DNA of 56,853 nucleotides from Candidatus Woesearchaeota archaeon (GCA_019323495.1 JAHWHE010000060.1:1-56853), one strand, 5' to 3'. Numbered from the stretch's first letter, positions 32,723 through 41,299 are shown. The notes: generated from the letters alone by a model not told the origin. Program-made: numbers and translations.

Positions 32723-33022
32723 TTATTCCTCTGACTCATATTCTACTTCACCAGCTTCTTCGCCTGCTTCGCCCGCTGCCTTTGCAGCGTCAGCAACTAC
32801 CCTGTAATATAGGCTGGTTCCTGCTGTAAAGCTTTTTCTTTCTATCTTGATCACATCCCCCACTTTTGAACCCACTCCTTTTAATGCAGGATCAGAGCTT
32901 AGGATTTTTGGTAATTGTACTTTAGAAATATTGTATTTTTCCAGCAGTTCTTTTACTGCCCGCTCGCCCATCTTCGTATGTTTTGGCACTAGTGAATGTT
33001 TGACTGGGGTAGATTTAACCAT
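32723..33022 (-). CDS. rpoH: DNA-directed RNA polymerase subunit H with acidic C-terminal tail
   Basis: MVKSTPVKHSLVPKHTKMGERAVKELLEKYNISKVQLPKILSSDPALKGVGSKVGDVIKIERKSFTAGTSLYYRVV is the RpoH/Rpb5 C-domain. The ORF-track N-terminal extension to 33232 runs through two tRNA genes and is rejected. Confidence 0.9.
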   Translation of the reverse strand: MVKSTPVKHSLVPKHTKMGERAVKELLEKYNISKVQLPKILSSDPALKGVGSKVGDVIKIERKSFTAGTSLYYRVVADAAKAAGEAGEEAGEVEYESEE

Positions 33023-33078
33023 TTTTAGTAAAGCATTGTTGGATTTTTGCCCCCCTATTAGGTATGTGTTAAGCTTAA

Positions 33079-33153
33079 TGGGCCGGACGGGATTTGAACC
33101 CGCGACCACTCGATTAAAAGTCGAGTGCTCCATCCAGGCTGAGCTACCGGCCC
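33079..33153 (-). tRNA. tRNA-Lys (anticodon UUU)
   Basis: Minus strand GGGCCGG-TA-GCTC-AGCCTGGATG-GAGC-A-CTCGA-CTTTTAA-TCGAG-TGGTC-GCGGG-TTCAAAT-CCCGT-CCGGCCC-A gives a full cloverleaf. No CCA is encoded. Confidence 0.9.
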
Positions 33154-33160
33154 AGGAAAA

Positions 33161-33275
33161 CGCCCTGGCCGGGACTTTCGAGTGGTAGATTAAGCATAAA
33201 AGCCTAAAATGCCCTTTTCGAACCCGGGTCACAAGGTCGACAACCTCGTATGATAGGCCTCTACACTACCAGGGC
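33161..33275 (-). tRNA. tRNA-Asp (anticodon GUC) with an apparent 42-nt intron in the T-loop (between positions 59 and 60; intron ~33175-33216)
   Basis: Exon 1 is GCCCTGG-TA-GTGT-AGAGGCCTA-TCAT-A-CGAGG-TTGTCGA-CCTTG-TGAC-CCGGG-TTCGAA. Exon 2 is T-CCCGG-CCAGGGC-G. Joined, they give a 73-nt canonical cloverleaf. The junctions sit in 3-nt bulges (AAA and AGU) flanking a UUCG:CGAA helix stacked on the T-stem, which is BHB-like. Confidence 0.75.
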
Positions 33276-33469
33276 ATTAATTTCGATTTAAAGCCCAAAT
33301 AACTCTTATCTCAGAGTTTTCACTAATTTTTTAGCTTATTTACTCTAAGAAAGGTTTTTTCGGCATTGTCCAGAAGATTGATTTGCCATTTAAATAGTTT
33401 TTGGTATTTTAAGCTGTTTTATTTATAAACCAAAAAGAAATCAAAAGAGAAAAAAAGAGAAAAAAGATC

Positions 33470-35161
33470 CTAACCGCAGCCTCCAACAGGCGCTTCTGTA
33501 GTGCTTTCCATGCTTTCTACATCATCGCACGCATCAGGTGCGTTCCCGTCAAAAGCACTGCATAACGCAGCCATGAAGCCTTGAGGGCTCCTTTCTCCGC
33601 CATATTCGTAGCCTTCAATAAATACAGTTGGACTGCCTGATACTCCGAACATGTCATTCAGTTCTTTATCTTTTCTGGCAAGATTAACGCCATCTCCTTT
33701 CTCGCATCCTGCAATGGCATCTGTGTCCAGTCCCAGGCCTGCTGCGACATCTTCCCAGCAGCTGTCAGCGTTCTGGTAATTGCATTCTGTGTTCATCGCC
33801 ATTACAAATTCAAACCATTCATCAGTTCCGAACAATTTATTGACGCACATCTCTCTGATGTCCTGGTTCAATTCCTGGATGCCGTGCATGCTACACAAGT
33901 TTCCATTGTCCAGGCAGAAATCAGGGCCTCCCCCATTATAATTGCTGTAGATGACATATCTTGGATTGAATTCTGCAAAGTCCTTTAACTCGTCGTAGAC
34001 AGGCGCGATCGCTTCTTCTGCCATGTTTCCATAAGGACAATAGCTCATCACATAGAAGTCAATCTGCGGTTTTCCATCGCCGATTGTTATGCCTGCTTTT
34101 GCAAAATATTCTTTTTCAACTTCTTCATTGACAAACTTTGTTACGCCTGTTGCTTCGTCAAGCAGCTTGTAATTATCGCCAACCTGCTCAAAAGCGGTTC
34201 TCAGCTGCTCATTGTTTTTCCATGCATAAGTTTCTGTCACTTTCTCGTCGAAAATGAATGCAGGTATCCTAACTATATCGAAATCATCTATGATTTTCTT
34301 GCCTTCTGCGCTGCTGACATCAACAATAGTTTCAGTTGTTCCTCTGAAAATCTGCTTTGTGACTCCCAATATTTGAGTTGTGTCGCACTCTGCACCGCAT
34401 TTGCTATCGGTCAAAACAATTAAATTAACACCCACAGGATCGCTGAACTTGCATTTTCCGCTTTCACAGATGCCTATCTTGTCTTCTTTCTGCATCATGC
34501 AGTCAACATCTGTTGCGCATTCAGGGACTTCTGCACAAGCAGGATGTCCTGAAACTAAATTGCATATTGTTCTCTGGAATGACAGGCCGTCTCTTGGGCC
34601 GCTGTATTCCTGGCCATTGAAGAACATTGTCGGGCTTCCCTGCGCACCGGCTTCATCTGCTTTTGCAAAGCTTTGCCTTAACAATTCTGCTCCCTGCTCT
34701 CCTTCATAGCAGCTTCTTAATGCCTCGACATCGAGGCCAGCTGATTTTGCACAAGGCTCCCAGTTATTAGGTATTCCTGACGCCTCTTTGTTCATGCAGA
34801 CTATCATGTCCATTGCTTTTTCTTTGTCAATGCTCATAGCACATAATTGCACCATATCGCCTTTAACTTCTGGCTCTCCGTGCAATGATCTGAAACCTGA
34901 TTCATCTTCTCCGCCGATGAAATTCAGATTAAAATCAATAGCATCCCCCATTGTCTTTAAGACAGGCGCTATTGCATCCTCTACTTGAGTACCGTAAGGA
35001 CATTGGCTCATAACATAGAAGTCGACTTTGACTTTTTCTCCGTCGAAAACTGCTCCGCCTGTAGTGCCCTCCTTGCCGCATCCGCTAAGAACAGATAGCG
35101 CAACAAGCATTACAGCTAAAATCGCAAAGTAGTATCTTGTATTCTTTTTGTTCATTTTCAA
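33470..35161 (-). CDS. lipoprotein with two tandem GILT-like (thioredoxin-fold thiol reductase family) domains
   Basis: Lipobox VLSGC after the signal peptide. Each half has (V/I)DFYVMS(Q/Y)CPYG plus a GILT-signature-like HGxxExxxDxxxxC (SLHGEPEVKGDMVQLC; MHGIQELNQDIREMC). Confidence 0.6.
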   Translation of the reverse strand: MKMNKKNTRYYFAILAVMLVALSVLSGCGKEGTTGGAVFDGEKVKVDFYVMSQCPYGTQVEDAIAPVLKTMGDAIDFNLNFIGGEDESGFRSLHGEPEVKGDMVQLCAMSIDKEKAMDMIVCMNKEASGIPNNWEPCAKSAGLDVEALRSCYEGEQGAELLRQSFAKADEAGAQGSPTMFFNGQEYSGPRDGLSFQRTICNLVSGHPACAEVPECATDVDCMMQKEDKIGICESGKCKFSDPVGVNLIVLTDSKCGAECDTTQILGVTKQIFRGTTETIVDVSSAEGKKIIDDFDIVRIPAFIFDEKVTETYAWKNNEQLRTAFEQVGDNYKLLDEATGVTKFVNEEVEKEYFAKAGITIGDGKPQIDFYVMSYCPYGNMAEEAIAPVYDELKDFAEFNPRYVIYSNYNGGGPDFCLDNGNLCSMHGIQELNQDIREMCVNKLFGTDEWFEFVMAMNTECNYQNADSCWEDVAAGLGLDTDAIAGCEKGDGVNLARKDKELNDMFGVSGSPTVFIEGYEYGGERSPQGFMAALCSAFDGNAPDACDDVESMESTTEAPVGGCG

Positions 35162-35295
35162 TGTACCCCCTTTTGATAATTATTATAATATAATTAACAA
35201 AGTACGTTTTCGTAACTTTCGTTCTTATTTAAAGTTTTCTATGACTTTAATAAGCATAGCACTAATGCAATGTTTTTATAAGTTATGAAAGAAAA

Positions 35296-35421
35296 GTCCC
35301 CGCTCCCGGACTCGAACCGGGGATTTCTCGGTTCCTGGCTGACTGTTTTTCATCCATTGCCCAAGGGCATAGTCAAACAGCGCATCTACAGCCAAGCGTT
35401 CTAGCCACTAAACTAAGCGGG
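35296..35421 (-). tRNA. tRNA-Tyr (anticodon GUA) with a 53-nt intron at or near the canonical 37/38 position (intron ~35332-35384)
   Basis: Exon 1 is CCCCGCT-TA-GTTT-AGTGGCTA-GAAC-G-CTTGG-CTGTAG. Exon 2 is A-CCGAG-AAATC-CCCGG-TTCGAGT-CCGGG-AGCGGGG-A. It has the C1:G72 pair and A73 typical of archaeal tRNA-Tyr. The intron contains CAGCCAGG, complementary to the anticodon stem-loop. Confidence 0.8.
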
Positions 35422-35445
35422 GCTGTTTTTCTTGGTTTTCGAACA

Positions 35446-35453
35446 GATTTAAA
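35446..35453. promoter_or_regulatory. palindromic TATA box ATTTAAAT midway between the divergent tRNA-Tyr and tRNA-Pro genes
   Basis: Its centre is ~28.5 nt from the tRNA-Tyr 5' end (35421) and ~31.5 nt from the tRNA-Pro 5' end (35481). It is the only TATA-like element in the 59-nt spacer. Confidence 0.45.
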
Positions 35454-35480
35454 TAGATTTGGGTTGTTTTCTAAGCTCGC

Positions 35481-35555
35481 GGGGCCGTAGGGTAGTATGG
35501 ACCATCCTCCCAGCCCGGGGCGCTGGTGACCCCGGTTCAAATCCGGGCGGCCCCA
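35481..35555 (+). tRNA. tRNA-Pro (anticodon GGG as folded)
   Basis: GGGGCCG-TA-GGGT-AGTATGGACC-ATCC-TC-CCAGC-CCGGGGC-GCTGG-TGAC-CCCGG-TTCAAAT-CCGGG-CGGCCCC-A. The acceptor, anticodon and T arms are perfect. My hand fold has an extra nt at position 26 and C rather than U at position 33. Confidence 0.8.
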
Positions 35556-35659
35556 TTTTCCTTTTAAAAAACCGCAACATTTATATTTGAGGACATATTC
35601 AATTACCCTAATCAGGAGGTTATAATTTACACTGAGGAAAAAATCGAGGTGAACGACAC

Positions 35660-36295
<636 letters not shown>

Positions 36296-36330
36296 ACTTT
36301 CTTTTTTTCTCTTTTTATATTCTATTTTTT
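36296..36330 (+). terminator. T-rich tract after the stop codon (candidate terminator)
   Basis: ACTTTCTTTTTTTCTCTTTTTATATTCTATTTTTT. Confidence 0.3.
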
Positions 36331-36421
36331 GCATAGTATCAAGCGTAGCTATTAAAATAACAGTCTATTAACTGAGATTCGGAAACACAGCCAATATAGA
36401 AGATAGCGAAGCACACTATGC
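36331..36421 (+). repeat. copy C of the inverted-repeat-bounded intergenic element
   Basis: GCATAGTATCAAGCGTAGC...GATAGCGAAGCACACTATGC. It is collinear with copy B and roughly 80% identical to it by eye. Confidence 0.8.
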
Positions 36422-36486
36422 CTTATAACCAACAATAAAAAAGCTTATATAATAGATAACGATATTCTTCCCCGGGGTGAGAACTG

Positions 36487-37917
36487 ATGAAGATTATGCT
36501 ATATATATGCATCTTTCTGCTCTTGTTTTCAATAGCATCAGCAGTAAGCTTCGATGTCGACATCACTCCTTTGAAAGACAAGATCTTCAAGAACGAGACA
36601 GCACAGTTCATCTTGAAGGTAAAAAGCAATGAAAAAAGAGATGCTGCGCGTTTCGACATAAGTTCTCCTAATGTCATAACAGGACAATGGGTCTTCCTGA
36701 CAAATCCGTTAAGCGACAACTCATTCATCCTAGATCCAGAGTCTGAAAAAGAAATAGAACTTTTGATAAGGCCCATCGGAAAGAGTATGGGCTATGGCAT
36801 GCATACGGTCGTGGCAGAGGTCCAATCAGGTGAAACAAAAGTCAGCTATAATCTGAATGTCAATCTGATGAATCCAGAAGGCTACATTGTCTCTTATATG
36901 CCAAGGGTTGTTGTCAACCCCGACCCAGATTACCCAAAAAGAATAAAGCCTGTAAATCCAATTCCAGTCACTGTCCATCTGTTGAACAAGAACAGCCTGG
37001 ACATCCCTAAGCTCGTTGTCAAAGTCAATTCAAACTTCTTCAAGGATGAAAAAGAGATCCAATTAGGGCCATACGAAAAAGCAGACGTTAGTTTTACTTT
37101 TGAAGTGGATTCTCACACCTTGCCGCAGAAAGACACAATGTATATCAAGCTCTTGGTCGACAATGAGGTCATAACTGCCCAGGAATATGACATAGAATAT
37201 ATTGAGACAGAGCTTGAATTCACAGAAGAAGAAAAAGTCGATAAGGAATTCCTGAAAAAGAAAGTCACTTATGTCCTGACAAATCCTTCTAATACAAAGA
37301 AGACAGAGACATTTTCTGTGCCGGTTTCGATACTAGGAAGAGTAGTTTCCTCCCCATATCCAAAAACAAAAGTCGTTGACGGACAGTACCAATGGGAAGT
37401 CGAGCTCCATCCTTCTGAGACAGACGAGTTCATAGTCATCTACAATTACAGGACATTCATGACAGTTATCGCCATAATCTTGATTCTTGTTTTCGTATAT
37501 CAGTACTTCAAGCCAGAGATAGTCGTCAACAAAAAAGCAGCAGAAGAATTCAGTCCCGAAGACAGCACATTGACAGGCGCGAAAGTCGTGCTATACTTGA
37601 AAAACAGCACGACCCAGCCATTGAAGAATGTCTCGATCGCAGAAACAATCCCGAATATAGCTACTTATGTTCCAAGAGACATCTTGGGCTCGATCAAGCC
37701 AGAATTCATCAGGCCAAGAGACAGAGGAGGTTCCACTGTCATCTGGAAACTGGATGAGGTTGCTCCTAAAGAAGAAAGAGTCATTACATATTTTATCAAG
37801 GCAAAACTGAAGATAGTTGGGGATTTGAAACTGCCTGGCACAACAATCAGCTTCACAAAAGGCAGCAAGAAAAAGACCGTATATTCTAACAGTGTAAAAT
37901 TATCAATTGCACAATAG
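36487..37917 (+). CDS. hypothetical membrane protein (signal peptide, beta-rich ectodomain, one TM, C-terminal DUF11/CARDB-like domain)
   Basis: Signal peptide MKIMLYICIFLLLFSIASA, TM FMTVIAIILILVFVYQYF, SD-like GGGGTGA 7 nt upstream of the ATG. Confidence 0.7.
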   Translation: MKIMLYICIFLLLFSIASAVSFDVDITPLKDKIFKNETAQFILKVKSNEKRDAARFDISSPNVITGQWVFLTNPLSDNSFILDPESEKEIELLIRPIGKSMGYGMHTVVAEVQSGETKVSYNLNVNLMNPEGYIVSYMPRVVVNPDPDYPKRIKPVNPIPVTVHLLNKNSLDIPKLVVKVNSNFFKDEKEIQLGPYEKADVSFTFEVDSHTLPQKDTMYIKLLVDNEVITAQEYDIEYIETELEFTEEEKVDKEFLKKKVTYVLTNPSNTKKTETFSVPVSILGRVVSSPYPKTKVVDGQYQWEVELHPSETDEFIVIYNYRTFMTVIAIILILVFVYQYFKPEIVVNKKAAEEFSPEDSTLTGAKVVLYLKNSTTQPLKNVSIAETIPNIATYVPRDILGSIKPEFIRPRDRGGSTVIWKLDEVAPKEERVITYFIKAKLKIVGDLKLPGTTISFTKGSKKKTVYSNSVKLSIAQ

Positions 37918-37948
37918 AAACTATGAAAATTATAGGGAGGAGAAAAAC

Positions 37949-38230
37949 ATGCAAAAGAGGGTTCACATAACAATAACAGGCGATGTTCACGGCGTTTTCT
38001 TTCGTGCATTTGTTCAGGAGAATGCAGAACAGCTAGGTCTTACAGGCTGGGTGAAGAATGTCAGCAACAAGAGCAAAAAAGTAGAAGCAGTGGTTGAAGG
38101 CGACGAAGATAAGATAAAATTGCTGATAGAATTATGCAGAAAAGGACCAGCTACAGCAACAGTAGATAAAATAGAAGCAAAAGAAGAAAAATACAAAAAA
38201 GAGTTTACTGACTTTTCTATACATTACTGA
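37949..38230 (+). CDS. acyP: acylphosphatase
   Basis: VHITITGDVHGVFFRAFVQENAEQLGLTGWVKN...VEAVVEGDEDKI...LCRKGP is the acylphosphatase signature. ATG at 37949 is preceded by GGGAGGAG. Confidence 0.85.
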   Translation: MQKRVHITITGDVHGVFFRAFVQENAEQLGLTGWVKNVSNKSKKVEAVVEGDEDKIKLLIELCRKGPATATVDKIEAKEEKYKKEFTDFSIHY

Positions 38231-38242
38231 TTTATTTTTTCT

Positions 38243-41200
38243 TTAGCTGCACTTGCTGAATCCGCAGCTGGCATTAGGACAGCTTCCGCCATGGCATCCG
38301 TTCTCGTGAACCAGCTTGCTTCCGCAGTCAGGGCATACGTCCAAGCCGACTCCTTGAGTGAAATCATGCTCTTTTACTCTCCCTTCGCCTGATGCCGCGA
38401 TTATAGCCCTTACTGCCTGCCTGACTTCTTCCCTGTCTTTAATCAATTCCAGGTCTTTCAGCCACACTTTCTGCTCCAGCCCTGAAGGTTTTCCTTCCAG
38501 GTTTTCTCTGTACTCTATCACACCGTATCTTAAAAGAATGTGTTCAAATGCAGTCCCTATTGCGTGCGACAACCCATAAACCTTTCTAGCACCAATACCG
38601 AATTCCTTGTCCATCAAGGATTTATGTGTTGTTATAAATTTCACCATGTCCAATTCTGTATTTTTCAAAATCTCTGTGATTTCGACTCCTTTCATTATTG
38701 TCTCTGCTCCGCTGTGCCCAGGCTTTGGCAGTGCTGCTATGAATATCTCATAAGGAAAAAAATACACAGCGCCAGTCTTAAGATGCTTGTACGGTTTGGA
38801 AACTATGGTGAAGTGTACCTTTGTTTCATCATCTAATTTAACCTTGAAGCTTTCTGGCAACGCCTTTTTCTCAAGGCATTCTGGCACTTTGTAATTGTGC
38901 CACACTATTCCGCCTTTTCCGCCCGCCATCAAAGACATTGGCTGGTTGGCATAAGTCTTGTCCCTGTAGATTGTAATCCCATTGATGTCTCTATTCATCA
39001 TGGCTGCCAAATAAATTTTTCTGACATCTTCAACAGTTGCCTCTTCTCTAAGATTCACTGTCTTTGAAACAGAATTATCAGTGTGCCTTTGGAATACTTC
39101 CTGCATCCTCAGATGAGCTTCTGGCATTATGTCGTGCGCGCACCTGAAATACCTCTTTATGTCATCGGGAACTTCATCCAAGTGCTGCAATGTTCCTGTC
39201 TCTCCAATCTTGTCTATCAATTCCTTGCTGTAGAATCCCCTTTCTTCTGCAAGCCTCTTGAAAAAAGGATTCGCTTCAAACAGCACTTTGCCGTCGAGCA
39301 CATTCCTGATGAACACAGGTGAAAACAATGGCTCTATCCCGCTTGTCGTGTCTGCAATGACGCTGATCGTTCCTGTCGGCGCGATCGTTGTTCTTGTTGC
39401 ATTCCTCATGTGTTCGACTCCCTGCTCAGCATAAACCGAATTCTTGAAATTAGGGAAACTGCCTCTTGTCTTACCTAATTGCTGTGACGTCTCATACGCA
39501 CTGTCATTCAATGTTTTTTGTATCTGCTCTCCTAATTTGAATGCCTCTTCAGAGTCATAAGGAATCTCCAGCTTGAACAATAATTCCGCAAGCCCCATAA
39601 CTCCTAATCCTATTTTTCTGTTTCCCTGGACAGACGCAATGATCTCTGGCAGCGGGAAACTGTTAACAGTATTTACATTGTCCATAAATCTCACTGCCAA
39701 ACCTGCTACTTGTTTGAATCTTTCATAGTCAAATGCTTTCTTCCCTTCATTATCAGTCACGAATCTCGCAAGATTCAATGAACCCAAGTTACAGGCTTCA
39801 TAATTTAGCAATGGCTGCTCACCGCAAGGATTTGTGGAGAATACCTCGCCAAGCTTTGCAGTAGGATTTTTTGCATTCATCCTGTCCATGAAAATCAGGC
39901 CAGGATCCCCGCTTTCCCATGCCATGCTGACAATATAGTCGAATACTTCGCCGTAAGTCCAGAATTTTGTTTCTTTTTCATCCTTTCCTTTTGGCTTTGC
40001 TTTTGCAGATGATCGTCCTGTTCTTGGATTGACAACCATGTATGGCTGGTCAGGATTCTCCAGTATGTTTGCAATGTCTTTTTCTCTCATCACAACAGAA
40101 ACATTATAATTGTTCCATCTCCTTCCTCCTGCTTTCTTTGAGTCTCTCTTTGCTCTCATAAATTCAAGGCAGTCAGGGTGCGTGAACTCCATCATGCCCA
40201 TGTTAGCCCCTCTTCTATAGCTTCCTTGCTGTATCGCATCTGTCGCAGCAGAAAGCATGTCGATGAATTTCAATGGGCCTGCTGTTTTTCCGCCAGAACT
40301 ATAGACCGGATCATTTGTCGGCCTCAGCTTGCTGAAATTATATCCTGTTCCGCCGCCTGCTTTCTGTATTATTGTTGTGCTGTTGTGCGCCTTGTTGATG
40401 CTTTCCATACAGTCTTTTACAGGGAATACAAAACAGGCAGACAGCATCTGGTTTCTTTTTCCAGCATTCATCAAGGTCGGTGAGCAAGGCATGAAATCGC
40501 AGCTCGCCATCAGGTCATAGAATCGTATGCATTCTGACGCAAGAGTCGGGATGCTTTCGATCAATCTTCCTTCATAATCCCTGAATTCTCCTGTCCTTGC
40601 AAAAGGCATGTCTACTTCTTTGCCATTCGCAGTTTCTTTCAAAAAGAAATCCCTTCTTGCAAAGATATACGCATTATTTCCATTATTCATATAGAACAGA
40701 TGCTTTTCATCCCTGTCAAATTCAGGCACTTCATATCTCTTGAAGAACAGCTTGTGCGCTGAGAAAGTATAGCCCTTGAAATTTATCTTTAATTCTTTTA
40801 ATTTTTCTTGTATGTGAGGCTCGTTCATGCTGAACGCTTCCCACATCAGCAAGTTATTGTTGTCAAAAAGATGTCTGACATTGTCAGAATACAGGATTTC
40901 TCCCAAATTAAAAGTCACATATTCTTCTTCACCGTCTTTATAGAAGAAATCGCCAAAAGTAATACCATTCAATGATTTTCTAATTCTAGGATCGTCATAG
41001 AACATCTTGTTCAGAACAGCTGCATTTTTTTCTTCTGGTGTAACATCAACAATAGAACCAAGAGCTACATTGGCAGCTACCCTTAGAACCAGTCCTTCAG
41101 GAGATTCAATGACTTTGTCAGTTCCTCCTTTGTCAAGATAGCGCGTTTCCAAAGTTGTAAGGCTGTTCTGGCTCGGCCTGAAATGGCGCTCTTCAAAGTG

Positions 41201-41299
41201 AGGAACTTTCATGTCCCTGTAAACGCGCCTTGCAAATGGTGCATATTCCCTATTCAATAAATCGTCTAATTCTTGTTTTGATACTGCTGCACTAACCAT
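38243..41299 (-). CDS. nrdJ: class II (adenosylcobalamin-dependent) ribonucleoside-triphosphate/diphosphate reductase with C-terminal Cys-rich zinc module
   Basis: SPTLMNAG, LSACFVFPV, STNPCGEQPLLNYEACNLGSLNL, TIAPTGTIS, then C-terminal CPDCGSKLVHENGCHGGSCPNASCGFSKCS. Confidence 0.95.
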   Translation of the reverse strand: MVSAAVSKQELDDLLNREYAPFARRVYRDMKVPHFEERHFRPSQNSLTTLETRYLDKGGTDKVIESPEGLVLRVAANVALGSIVDVTPEEKNAAVLNKMFYDDPRIRKSLNGITFGDFFYKDGEEEYVTFNLGEILYSDNVRHLFDNNNLLMWEAFSMNEPHIQEKLKELKINFKGYTFSAHKLFFKRYEVPEFDRDEKHLFYMNNGNNAYIFARRDFFLKETANGKEVDMPFARTGEFRDYEGRLIESIPTLASECIRFYDLMASCDFMPCSPTLMNAGKRNQMLSACFVFPVKDCMESINKAHNSTTIIQKAGGGTGYNFSKLRPTNDPVYSSGGKTAGPLKFIDMLSAATDAIQQGSYRRGANMGMMEFTHPDCLEFMRAKRDSKKAGGRRWNNYNVSVVMREKDIANILENPDQPYMVVNPRTGRSSAKAKPKGKDEKETKFWTYGEVFDYIVSMAWESGDPGLIFMDRMNAKNPTAKLGEVFSTNPCGEQPLLNYEACNLGSLNLARFVTDNEGKKAFDYERFKQVAGLAVRFMDNVNTVNSFPLPEIIASVQGNRKIGLGVMGLAELLFKLEIPYDSEEAFKLGEQIQKTLNDSAYETSQQLGKTRGSFPNFKNSVYAEQGVEHMRNATRTTIAPTGTISVIADTTSGIEPLFSPVFIRNVLDGKVLFEANPFFKRLAEERGFYSKELIDKIGETGTLQHLDEVPDDIKRYFRCAHDIMPEAHLRMQEVFQRHTDNSVSKTVNLREEATVEDVRKIYLAAMMNRDINGITIYRDKTYANQPMSLMAGGKGGIVWHNYKVPECLEKKALPESFKVKLDDETKVHFTIVSKPYKHLKTGAVYFFPYEIFIAALPKPGHSGAETIMKGVEITEILKNTELDMVKFITTHKSLMDKEFGIGARKVYGLSHAIGTAFEHILLRYGVIEYRENLEGKPSGLEQKVWLKDLELIKDREEVRQAVRAIIAASGEGRVKEHDFTQGVGLDVCPDCGSKLVHENGCHGGSCPNASCGFSKCS

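Noticed and set aside
33023-33232. N-terminal 70-codon extension of the rpoH ORF in the ORF track
   Set aside because: The extension runs through the tRNA-Lys gene and part of tRNA-Asp. The RpoH homology begins at MVKSTPVKH (ATG at 33022).
35254-35268. GCATAGCACTAATGC, which resembles collapsed termini of the intergenic element
   Set aside because: It is only 15 nt with an imperfect inverted repeat, so it cannot be distinguished from chance in AT-rich intergenic DNA.
40490-41047. Possible intein in the RNR gene
   Set aside because: No intein block A/B/F/G residues and no endonuclease motifs, and the flanks do not recreate a contiguous extein junction. It is treated as an inserted domain (see findings).
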